Shown one piece after another: positions 1 through 11,380 of a stretch of 64,000 bases of DNA (positions within the stretch are counted from its first letter, which is position 1; every line of letters starts with the position of its first letter). Below the pieces are notes generated by a model. It did no database searches. It saw only the letters and a list, made by a program, of their open reading frames with translations, and had not been told where the DNA came from. The translations under genes and the position numbers were made by a program. The DNA lies in assembly GCF_006345805.1 (NCBI RefSeq), contig NC_043006.1, positions 41,912,001-41,976,000 on the forward strand. The letters are read 5' to 3'. This DNA comes from Octopus sinensis (Eukaryota).

Positions 1-895
1 CGATTCCAATTTAGACACAAGGCTGTCAATTTTGAAGGTGAGTTGTAAATTCATATTATCCATTCTTATATCAGATTGATACTTTATTTCGAAGACACTG
101 AGGAAATTTGATATCACCACATAATGTGTGGTACGTAGATACCGCATTGTATTGTGTACTGACGCTCTGACGATTCTGCGAATCCACCCCAATTGGATTT
201 CAGAGGATTATACGCATCAACATAAAACAGAAAAATTCATAGGCTACTAACTGAACTCGAATTTCAGAACTATTGAATATTGTTCTACAGCTATACCAAA
301 TGCACAACATAGCGCCTACCATTCGATTTTACTGAAAAAAATATTTACTTTAAATTGCTTCTATGGTTTTAACTATGAATTTATATTCACAAGATATTCG
401 TTCATCCTCTTACGCTTGAAGTATTATTTTATTTTTCTTGTCGCACACATCAAACAGAGGTAGACGAACTCAGTATGATGAGCTTCAGTAAAATAGGCTG
501 TGGAACTATGGGGTATGTAAGTATATATAAAATACTCTGTCTTGGGTATTTCCTGTGTGCAGAATGTTGTAAATATCAATATTATCAATAATTCAATAAC
601 TCGTAATTGAATTAGCATAAGGAGTTTTACTATTTCAAAAACGTCTACGCATCTTTTACTTTTGAAATACATTTTTCATCGCATCGTTGCGTACACTGGC
701 ATCCATTGTGTCTGGATTATGTCGAAACGAGAAAGTTCTCTTTGAAGAAATGGGGAATTTCAGGTCAATAAAACATTAAATCAAAAAGATGCATAAATGT
801 TACAATAGATAGATAATAATAAACACCTACCACCCTTATACACGCATAATCCTATTTATATATATGTACATATTTTATATATATATATATATATG

Positions 896-926
<31 letters not shown>

Positions 927-1489
927 ATAGATGTATATATAGAATGAAATATAGATATGCTTGTAAAAATGCCTGTGTGATGGTGTGTATCAATTCAAAA
1001 AAAATATATGCTCATACATACATGTATATATACATGCACACGTACATATATGAATACATACATCTATGCATGCATATATGTATACATGCATTTATCATAT
1101 ATACACACATACACACATATATTCACAAGTTTTTCCCTCACTAAAATGTATTCACATATGTATATAGATAGATGGATAGATAGAAAGATACATGCATACA
1201 TATCTATATCTATACATCTCTCTCTCTCTCTCATTCTCTCTCTCTCCCTGTATATATATATATATATTTATGTGTGTGTGTGTGTGTGTGTTTGTGTGTG
1301 CGTGTGTATGGAAGAACGTGATAGGATTCGATTTTTTTTTTTTCATTTTAACTGAAAAAGAGTATAATGATACGAAGAGGAGTCCAACGTAGGTCGTGTA
1401 TTAGCATGTATATATATAACAAATTAACAGAATGAGATAAAAAAAAATCCAAGGCTGTGTATAGTTTTCAGAACATTTATAAAGAGAAG

Positions 1490-1537
1490 GTCTTACAGCT
1501 GTTTCCGGGATATTTTATATATCCCCTCATCAGAGAC
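1490..1537 (-). ncRNA. Minimal type I hammerhead ribozyme motif
   Basis: The minus strand reads GUCU-CUGAUGA-G-GGGAUAU(AUAAA)AUAUCCC-G-GAAA-C(AGCU)G-UA-AGAC. Stem I is GUCU/AGAC, stem II is 7 bp, stem III is A-C/G-U with palindromic AGCU loop, and the cleavage triplet is GUA (predicted cut between 1494 and 1493). Position 10.1/11.1 is G.G, not canonical. Confidence 0.7.
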
Positions 1538-1779
1538 AGTGCTAGAAAATGTTTTTAAGTAATAGTTATTATAAAGAAGATATGAAATACAGAGTGAAGT
1601 GGAGGAATGAAAACAGACGTGAGGTAATTAAGGACATTGTATTTGCACCATTCTGCTTAAATAATGGAACTGCAAATAAATTGTCCTTACATATCTCACT
1701 TCTGTTTTTCATTCCTTCACTTCACTCTGTATTTCACATCTTCTCTATAATAACTATTATTTAAACATTTTCTCGCACC

Positions 1780-1826
1780 GTCTCTGATGAAGGGTTAATA
1801 AAATATCCCGGAAACAGCTGTAAGGC
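1780..1826 (+). ncRNA. Minimal type I hammerhead ribozyme motif
   Basis: GTCT(1780-83) CTGATGA(1784-90) A GGG...CCC G GAAA(1811-14) C AGCT G TA(1821-22) AGGC. Stem I is GUCU/AGGC with one G-U wobble, stem II is 3 bp, and the predicted cut is after 1822. Confidence 0.65.
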
Positions 1827-2424
1827 CATCTCTTTATAAATGTTCTGAAAACTATATACAAATTTGTATTTTTAATCTCATTCTGTTAACTTTATATATA
1901 TATAACTCTTTTTAAAATTATTTTTAATTGGCAAAAGTTATGAAGTGACTCATTGGCCGAGACTTTCGTACGTTTAAGTGCCATGCACGAAACTCTCAGC
2001 AATCGAGTCACGTTCTCACTACTCCCAATTAAGTATATCCCACAGACACATGTGCATACACACATTCGCACACGCATACACACACACGTTTGTGTATGTG
2101 TGTGTGTAATTATTTATGTGCACGGGTCGACATGCTTATATGTGTGACTGTCATAGACTTGTGCGCACGATTGTTTTTATACATACATATTTACCTTCAA
2201 AGAAAACACACCCTCTCTCTCCCTCTATCTCTTTCACCCTCCCCCTCACTCTCTCACACACATAAACATACGCACATGCACATATAGATGTACTGATTAA
2301 TAATCTACATCATTTCTGTATTGAGTTTCTAAGTTACGATTAATTGTTTATCTTAAAATATTTTGATACATTTTCTCAACGAAATTATACGCTTTTCTAC
2401 TATCTCTCCCTATCATGGCATGTA

Positions 2425-2460
<36 letters not shown>

Positions 2461-2583
2461 TGTGTGTGTGTGTGTGTGTATATGCATATATATGTATATA
2501 TATATGTATGTGTGTATATATATATATATGTATATGCATATGTATATATATATCTATATATATATATATATATATATATATGC

Positions 2584-2644
<61 letters not shown>

Positions 2645-2901
2645 CACACACATGCACACACACACATGTGCGTGTGTGTGTGTGTTTAAATTCCTGCAAC
2701 TAATTATATTCTGAACTCTAAAAAAAATTCTTACTAACATGAATAAAGCCGAAACTAACAAACGCAATTTAACATATGTTCAAAATATGTATTAGTAAAA
2801 CACTGCAATAACACGTAATTAAATCTATAAGTACATAACTTTCTATGGACAACCTAACAGAGCTGTATGGTTTCGGCGTCAGTTTATGTGTGTGTGTGTG
2901 T

Positions 2902-2954
<53 letters not shown>

Positions 2955-3337
2955 TGTGTGTATAAAAATATATATACATATTATGGTTATTTCTTTCCTC
3001 CATAGTATTTTATAAATATTTTCTAAATATTATAAATTTCTGACTTTAATGAATGTCATTTATTTGTTAGTGATTCGCGTACTTATTCGAATATCCCAGA
3101 TAATGGTGGTGGTAGTTTGGTGACGAGTGTTAGGGTGGTTGTGTTGAAGTTACAGTAGTCTTAGTGATATTGACAGGGTTGTATTATTGGTATTTGGGGT
3201 AGTGGTGTTGGTGCCAATGCAAGTAGCTGTTGGGACGGTAACGACGGTGGCAGCGGTTATGGTGATGGTCACTGTGATGGTGACAAACGTGGTCGTTGTT
3301 AGTTGTGGTGGTGCTTTAAAATTTTGTAATATGTGTC

Positions 3338-3544
3338 AAATTTTGACACAAGGCCAGTAATTTGCACGTAGGTGTGACTCGATTACATTGACCCTAGTAC
3401 TCAACTGGTACTTATGTTATCGACCCCGAAAGGATGAACGTCAAGCCCGACCGCGACAAAATTTGAACTCAGAATGTGAAGAAGGATGAAATGCCACTCA
3501 ACATTTTGTCTGTCGTGGTAACGATTCTGCCAAGTAGCCGCCTT
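3338..3544 (-). mobile_element. tRNA-derived SINE, family B (head AAGGCGGCGAGCTGGC; MetaSINE-like core), diverged
   Basis: Reverse complement of the head, B-box-like GAGTTCAAAT and core TTCATCCTTTCGGGGTCGATAA..AAGTACCAG shared with many copies in the window. Confidence 0.8.
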
Positions 3545-3851
3545 AATTTGTTATAATACTGGTGCTTGATGTACTGACCCTTGTACGGTTATATATTGTA
3601 CTATTTGCAGTAATAGTAACTATTAAAATTGTATTAAAAGATATATAGATGACGGTAGGAGAAATGGCCCTTATGAAAAGTATTTCTGCAGGTAAATAAT
3701 AGATTTATCAATAATTTTAAACATTGATATTGATTGTGGCAATGTTCTAACATTTTAAAACTTCCTACATCATCCAACAAAAGTTGCGTCAGCCGTTCAA
3801 TATTCGACAATTAATAATTACATATATGGTAATGACATATAATTATATAGA

Positions 3852-4158
3852 GAGTAAAGACCCCTTCGGTCATGAATGACCATGGGATTACACCTAGAAA
3901 GTTACCCTCCGAGGCAGATGTCGAGACGGGGTTATTTATGGATGACCAGTAGTTGCCCATGCATACCAGCCGATCCTCTCCACTCCTCCGATGTTATCCA
4001 AGGGAAGGTTACAGCTTGGCACCAGTGAGGTCACAACTCATTTCGACAGATGAGTGAAGTGGAACCATGTGAAATAAAGAGTCTCGTTCATGAACACCAG
4101 AATCGAACGCACTTCCTCGTGATTGAGAGTCCGACGCTGTAACCATCTAACCATGCGC
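3852..4158 (-). mobile_element. tRNA-derived SINE, family C
   Basis: On the minus strand it starts GCGCATGGTTAGATGGTTA... with B-box GTTCGATTC. The body GTAAAGACCCCTTCGGTCATGAATGACCATGGG is recognisable as an Octopus-type repeat. Confidence 0.7.
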
Positions 4159-4289
4159 ATACTAAGCGAAAATCTTATTGTTGCTGTCGTCTCTACCCGC
4201 TATGTTACTTAGACTTTGATGCACCCCAGTTAGTTGGTGATCTCTTGACTCTGTTTAAATGTATTTTTCCTAATATAGTTTATACCTTT

Positions 4290-4720
4290 AAGGCGGCGAG
4301 CTGGCATAAATGTTAGCACACCGGGCGAAATGCTTAGCGGAATTTTGTCTGCCTCTACGTTCTGAGTTCAAATTCCGCCGAGGTCGACTTTGCCCTTCAT
4401 CCTTTCAGAGTCGATTAAATAAGTACCAGTTACGCACTGGGGTCGATATAATCGACTTAATCCGTTTGTCTGTCCTTGTTTGTCCTCTTTGTGTTTAGCC
4501 CCTTGTGGGTAGTAAAGAAATAGAAAGGCGGCGAGCTGGCATAACCTTTAGCACGCCGGGCGAAATGCTTTGCAGATTTTCGTCTGCCGTTAGGTTCTGA
4601 GTTCAAATTCCGCCGAGGTCGATTTTGCCTTTAATCCTTTCCGGGTCGATAAATCAAGTACCAGTTGCGTACTGGCCCCCTCTCCAAAAGATTCGGCTTT
4701 GTGTCTAGAGTAGAAAGAAT
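4290..4720 (+). mobile_element. Two head-to-tail SINE family B copies (4290-4523, 4525-4720) with different 3' tails
   Basis: Both start AAGGCGGCGAGCTGGCATAA and share TTCTGAGTTCAAATTCCGCCGAGGTCGA. The first ends GTAGTAAAGAAATAG and the second ends TGTCTAGAGTAGAAAGAATA. Confidence 0.9.
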
Positions 4721-5028
4721 ATAATTTATGGCTACCACTGTGCGTATATAATGGGTATATTTGTTGAAAACTTGGTTGCGATATGTAAATATTAAAGACA
4801 ATGTCCATTTCTTCGCAGAACGCAACTTCAGTCAACAGACCACCGAATTATGAGTCCAGCTTCCTACCACGCTGCCGTTCTGCTCAAAGAACGACGAAAA
4901 ATTATATAACGTATCATTTTTTATATTGTCTGCTTTGAGTTTCTTATATTGTCTGCTTTGAGTTTCCATTACACCATTTTCATATGTTATTTATAACATT
5001 TATTTCATATATTTACTTTTATGCTTTA

Positions 5029-5067
5029 GACTACGTACATATCTGTACGTAGTCCAAATTTTTCTAG
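5029..5067 (+). other. Perfect 11-bp hairpin followed by CTAG (possible Helitron 3' end)
   Basis: GACTACGTACA-tatc-TGTACGTAGTC, then 9 nt, then CTAG at 5064-5067. The next base is G rather than the T expected of a Helitron target. Confidence 0.3.
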
Positions 5068-6069
5068 GTGTCTCATTCTCTGATCAACCAAGGCAAAACA
5101 ATTCTATAAATGTTTTCCAAGCGCAGCGTAGCAAGCGATCTTGCTGGTAGCCTATATTCAAGTACTTCAGTTATTTTAATAGGCTTATCTTACTCAACGA
5201 TTGCATTACCTTCCTTTTATATAGGTAATCCATTTTTTTTATTTTTGTCTTTCTTTTGTTTTATCTTTTTTATACGGGTAGATGCAACTTTAGAATATGC
5301 ATGTACGATGCATTGAAACAGCCTTTCGAATCCAAATACAACACAAGAACCTAAGAATTATAGAAGGAAATTATAATGGGAAAAAAGTTGATGCTTTGCA
5401 ACCTAATCATATATTTTGAATATTCAGTATTAGATATCAAAGTAAAATAAACAGCTTTACAAATTACGTTAGCCTTGGCACTATAAAGAGTTAGAAAACA
5501 TTATTTTGAACGGACCGTAGAATCTCGGCTAACACCAATATTGAAGACATAAATATTCTACAGTCGGTTATGTATATATATAAAAAAAAAAAACTATCTG
5601 CCAATGAATCACCATAACTATTTTGACAATGGCTTAACATATGATATTACGAGATAAATGACGCAGATGCATCTCCTGATTCAGTTTTTTAACGACACAA
5701 AAATATTAATACTACTAATAAATCATAATGTAATAGATCTTACGCTCATGTGATGATATATGTATAAGTTCTTTGATAGTGCAATAATCAGCGCATGAAA
5801 TCATGGAAGAAACCAAACCATAAAGAAGTTGGTCTTTTACAAACTAACAATGAGATTCAAGTGCATATATTCTCTACTTATTTCGCTCCGACAATTCTCT
5901 CACAATTTCATCGCCCATTATCCATCCACCCGTATATCTCTAAACCCATCTCTGTTTATCACAATACACTATAGTAATTTTGAATAGCAGTTGTTTTCCA
6001 CTCATTAGATACATAAGTGTACGTGTACTGATATATACGTGTGTGTGTGTGTGTGTATGTGTGTGTGTA

Positions 6070-6102
<33 letters not shown>

Positions 6103-6233
6103 GTATGTGTGTGTGTACATATATATACACAGTATATAGATAAATAGACGGTCAGAGCGGTATATATATATATATATATATACACTGTGTATTTGTCAAG
6201 CGATGTTGGGGAGACGGACACACACACATATAT

Positions 6234-6285
<52 letters not shown>

Positions 6286-6289
<4 letters not shown>

Positions 6290-6380
6290 GACAGGTGTTT
6301 TCAGTTTCCGCCTATCAAATCCACTCACAAGGCTTTGGTCGGCCTGAGGTTAAAGTAGGAGACACTTGCCCAAAGTGCCA
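6286..6380 (-). mobile_element. SINE family A fragment
   Basis: TTTCAGTTTCCGCCTATCAAATCCACTCACAAGGCTTTGGTCGGCC...GACACTTGCCCAAAGTGCCA is the reverse complement of the family A body. Confidence 0.85.
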
Positions 6381-6421
6381 GTATATATATATATATATAA
6401 TATATATATATATATGTAATG

Positions 6422-6453
<32 letters not shown>

Positions 6454-6460
6454 ATATACT

Positions 6461-6646
6461 GCAATAGAAAAATGGAGGGGAAGAATAGGTGACATTCATC
6501 AACTTTTAGACATTAAACTATGTCTATTTATTTATTTAAAAAAACAATTGTAATAATATACATACATGTATGCCAGATTACGCTTTACATATATAAAAAT
6601 ACCAGTAATTATTAAAATAATAACTTAGAACATAGAACGTAGAATA
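6461..6646. repeat. Interspersed ~190-220 bp AT-rich repeat (second copy at 55728-55950)
   Basis: Shared blocks AAATGGAGGGG, TCATCAACTTTTAGACATTA, TATGTCTATTT, ATACCAGTAATTATT and CATAGAA.GTAGAATA. Confidence 0.75.
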
Positions 6647-6681
6647 TATGCACATATATATATACACATATATACGTATGG

Positions 6682-6712
<31 letters not shown>

Positions 6713-7577
6713 TGTATGTGTGTGTGTTTCTCGTAAAAATAGATAAACAGAAAATAGAGGAAACTCCCAAAATTGCACATTACAATACATCGCGAACCAT
6801 GCATTAGCTTAAGTAACAAAACATAATTACTACAGGCAAAAAAAACGTGACAAAATAAATTGACAAACTTATATTAGTGTCTTTTATAAATACAGAGAAA
6901 TTTTCAATACAATACAGTGTTCTTTTAATGAAAAAATTAAAAGTGTGATCAACTGTATAATACAAATCGAGTATTGACTGCATAGCATGATAAAGTGTTA
7001 AAAATTATAGCTGATAACTCCTAAACCGTTTTTATTAATTTCGTTAAACTATGGCCCTAAAATCGGCTGCTCACATGCAGAAGTACTCATGTGTCGCTCA
7101 CAAATATATGAGATATATTTACTGAGGGATAACCGGTTCTTGAAGTACAACTACTAGCTCTGTTTCTAAAACTCTATTATATTATGCTAAAACTAAATAT
7201 TAATCTGATGTGCAAAAATGACAAGTAACATTTTAGATTGCGACATACAGAACTTGTGGACTCTAATTTGTATGAGCATCAAGTTATTATTACAGCAAGG
7301 AATATTGTGACCGAATCGATATACTCAAACTTCATCTTTAAACAGATTTTTTTAAATTTGGATCCATCAGATATAAATGTGTACATATGTTTATATGTAA
7401 ATATGTGCACATATGCACACATACGTACACATACAACAAATATGTGTGGTCCCGAGGAAGCTATATCATCGCATCAAGCGAGACTACATATACACAGACA
7501 GACAAATATATATACACACGTATATGCACACGTACATATACACACATACGGAGAACACACACACACATATATATATG

Positions 7578-8197
7578 GGCGCAGGAGTGGCTGTGTGGTA
7601 AGTATCTTGCTTACCAACCACATGGTTCCGGGTTCAGTCCCACTGCGTGGCACCTTGGGCAAGTGTCTTCTACTATAGCCTCGGGCCGACAAAAGCCTTG
7701 TGAGTGGATTTGGTAGACGGAAACTGAAAGAGGCCCGTCGTATATATGTATATATATGCGTGTGTGTGTTTGTGTGTTTGTCCCTCTAGCATTGCTTGAC
7801 AACCGATGCTGGTGTGTTTATGTCCCCGTTACTTAGCGGTTCGGCAAAAGAGGCCGATAGAATAAGTACTGGGCTTATAAAAGAATAAGTCCCGGGGTCG
7901 AGTTGCTCAATTAAAGGTGGTGCTCCAGCATGGCCGCAGTCAAATGACTGAAACAAGTGAAAGAGAAAAAGAGAAAGAGAATATAGGCATAGAAGTGGCT
8001 GTGTGATAAGTAGCTTGCTTACCAACCACATGGTTCTGCCTTCAGTCCCACTGCATGGCAACTTGGGCAAGTGTCTTCTACAATAGATTCGGACCGACCA
8101 AAGCCTTGTGAGTTGATTTGGTAGAGGAAAGCTGAAAGAGCCCGTCGTACATAAGTGTGTTTATGTGTGTGTGTGTGTGTGTGTGTGTCTGTGTGTG

Positions 8198-8233
<36 letters not shown>

Positions 8234-8440
8234 ATGTAAGTATGTATGTATACGTATATAAAAAGCGTGGCTGTATGTAAGAAGCGTGCTTCCCAACAAC
8301 ATGACTCCTGGTTCAGCCCTACTGGAAGTGTCTTCTATTATAGCCACGGATCGACCAAAGTCTAGTGAGTGGATGTGGTAGATAGAAACTGAAAGAAGTT
8401 CGTCATATTTATATATTGATATATATATATGCGTATGCGT

Positions 8441-8527
<87 letters not shown>

Positions 8528-8840
8528 ATGTGTCTATATTTGTCCCTACCACTGCTTGCGTACAGGCTAAACAGAATTTAAGTACTGGAATATTGGGGTC
8601 GACTCACTGAATAAATCTTGCTCGCCGAGGTCGACTTTGCCTTTCATCCTTTCGGGGTTGATTAAATAATCGACTTAATCCGTTTGTCTGTCCTTGTTTG
8701 TCCCCTCTATCTTTGCCCCTTGTGGGCAGTAAAGGAATATATAGTAGAAGGTAGTCGTCCAAGTTGCCACGCAGTGGGACTGAACCCAGAACCATATGGT
8801 TGGTAAGCAAGCTTCTTACCACACAGCGACTCCTGCGTCT
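7578..8840. mobile_element. SINE cluster: family A full copy 7578-7980 (+), partial copies 7985-8150 (+), 8262-8610 (+), 8741-8840 (-); family B fragment 8621-8740 (+)
   Basis: tRNA-like head GGCGCAGGAGTGGCTGTGTGGTAAG...GGTTCAGTCC, core CACCTTGGGCAAGTGTCTT, internal TA/TG repeat and tail GACTGAAACAAGT(G/A)AAAGAG. Confidence 0.9.
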
Positions 8841-9389
8841 AAGATGAAGATTACAATATTGTCGAAGATGGTGGATTATTACCAATGCCAGACAAAAATG
8901 CAAAGCATTTCGTCTATATATGTGTGTGTGAGTGTGTGTCTTTGTGTATACGTTGTGTGTGTATGTGTATATGTATATATGCATTTATACATTCATATGT
9001 ATGTACATACATTGATACAAATACACTCATACTTTCTTGTATAAATTTACATTTATACGTTTATACATAATTTTGTATTTACAAAACAGGCACGTACCGT
9101 TGTAACTACTCAGAGTAGGCAGTTGGTGACCTTTATGTAGTAAAACACACAAAAAATAAACGAAACACAGGCGCGCGACTGAGATGAAGGCAGATTTATT
9201 TCTGCCTTTATTAATGTAAAGAAAATGGCGTTATAGGAGTGTACGCAGCACGTGTAGTACAGCAGTACTATGAGTAGCTAACTGTAATTGAAAGGCAGGG
9301 GCAAATTATGCCTCCCTAATCTATAAAACAATAAAGTATTTTGCATTTTATGCATAGTAATCACAGTAACCTTCATAATTCTATTGAAT

Positions 9390-9690
9390 TAGATGCATAT
9401 TTTTTCTATAAAAGGAAAATGCTGCTATTGGTCTGTTTTATTGAAGGTAGGCACTGCCTACCTTGCCTGCCTAAGCGGCATGTCCCTGGTACATAAATAG
9501 ATATAAATACACACATACGTTCTTATATAAACTACATACAAATTTGAATAGGTATCCAGTAGATAAGTATATGTTTATATATACCACGACGAATACGCGA
9601 AACCGCCAAGGCAGGCAAGGTAGGCAGTACCTACCTTCAATAAAATAGAAGAATAACAGCATTTTCCTTTTATAGCAAAATATGCATCTA
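9390..9690. mobile_element. MITE with ~89-bp terminal inverted repeats, each containing an internal palindrome
   Basis: 9390-9478 (TAGATGCATATTTT...CCTTGCCTGCCT..GCGG) is inverted at 9603-9690. The internal hairpin AAGGTAGGCA-c-TGCCTACCTT lies at 9444-9464 with a counterpart at 9617-9637. The outermost TA could be the TSD. Confidence 0.75.
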
Positions 9691-10380
9691 CATACGAGAC
9701 GATATTGTACCAGCTAATATACGTACAAGCATTGTACAAGCTAACACTTTTACACATTGGGCATAATTATTTGTTTTCTTTCAAATACACTTGTTTTCTT
9801 TCAAATACATATCGGAATGTAATTTCCATTAGTCAATGAGTTATTGTATATGTACGTATCAATAATTACGTGTAAATGTATGTGTACTACGTATATAATT
9901 ATTTTCTTTTAGACATAATCGGATATGATTATACATATTGTATGTCACTAAATGAACCAACAGGCATGGTATATTATTACTGATATGTATATAATACTTA
10001 ATGCAATTTAATCCATACATATCCTCAGGAGATTGCGCAAGTATATATACGTATATATGTGTGTGTATGTATATATATATGTATTTATACACAAACACAC
10101 ATTACCTTTATACACTCGGGGATGCATGCTCACATGCTCCCACAAACATAGATATATACCAGTTTCACAGTTACCCCCTTGCCACTCAGACCACTATCGA
10201 CCTCTTCCTTCCTCCGGTCATTTCAGTTAGCTATGCCGATCTAACTGTGATACATTTATTCGTTTCTTTTACCACAGTTTTAACTCTAAACGTAAAAGAT
10301 TTTCCCTGTTATTTATAAGTTTGCAGTATATAATATATATATATCTATGTATATGCATTTTATATATATATATATATATA

Positions 10381-10518
10381 TATATGGTGTATATATATAT
10401 GAACATATATGTATGTATATATATATATGTATATATATGTATATATATGTATGTATATGTATATATGTATATATATATATGTATGTATATCTATATGTAT
10501 GTTATATATATATGAACA

Positions 10519-10561
<43 letters not shown>

Positions 10562-11040
10562 TATTATATGTATATATATATATGTATAATATATGTATGT
10601 ATATATATGTTGTATATATATGAATAATAGGTATGCATATGTATATACATATAAGTATATATTTATATATATACATGCATATATAATATGTATATATACA
10701 TGTATATATATATGGGTGTATGTATGATATAATATGATTATATATATATATATATGTGTGTGTGGGTGTATATTTAATATATATATATTATATATATACA
10801 TATCTATCTCTTCTCTCTCTATAATATATATATATATATTTATAGTATATTCATGTATATATATATATATATATATATATATTTTATATTATAATAATAT
10901 ATATAATTACTATATATTACCAAGTAGCAGTATATACTTATAGAATATTTTGAATAATTTACCTGAAAAAGGTTTTTTGACGTACTGATTACTTGGCAAA
11001 ATTATTACTTAATTAATTAAGGATTAAGGATTAAGGATTT
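10381..11040 (+). repeat. Left copy of a ~0.7 kb direct duplication (compound TA-rich microsatellite plus 120-bp unique block)
   Basis: The unique block ACCAAGTAGCAGTATATACTTATAG...AAGGATTAAGGATTAAGGAT at 10919-11038 is nearly identical to 16251-16367. Microsatellite interruptions (GAACATATATG, GTATGCATATG, CATATAAGTATAT, GGTGTATATTTAA) recur in the same order. Confidence 0.85.
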
Positions 11041-11380
11041 ATATATATATATATAGTTAAAGTACTGTTGAACTGGAAGGACGTCTATTTGTTTCTCTCC
11101 TGAGTCAGTAGCAAGCTACACAGCTTCAAAAGTAACTGACCTTAAATATATATATATTTGTAACCACGTGTTTGCCTACAAACCCGTAAGTACGTTTTCA
11201 TTTAACTACAAATTGTTATATACACCTGTTTTTCTTTTAATATCCTCAAACAACCAAATAATCAAAAACTCACACCCTTAAGAGAGAACATTTATATATA
11301 TATACACTTCTTTAACTCCCAAGAAAGAATATATATATTTTCAAAAATCAAAAGGAAAACAAACAAAAGAAAAAACAAAC

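Larger units (their letters stand above)
1409..1903. mobile_element. ~495-bp fold-back (inverted-repeat) element with divergent hammerhead motifs; probable Penelope-like inverted pseudo-LTR
   Basis: The left arm (AATTAACAGAATGAGA...GTATAGTTTTCAGAACATTTATAAAGAGA...AATAGTTATTATAAAGAAGATATGAAATACAGAGTGAAGTG...AAGGACA..TATTTGCA) is the reverse complement of the right arm, with scattered mismatches. The centre is near 1660 (CCATT-ctgcttaaat-AATGG). Both outer ends run into TA repeats. Confidence 0.8.
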
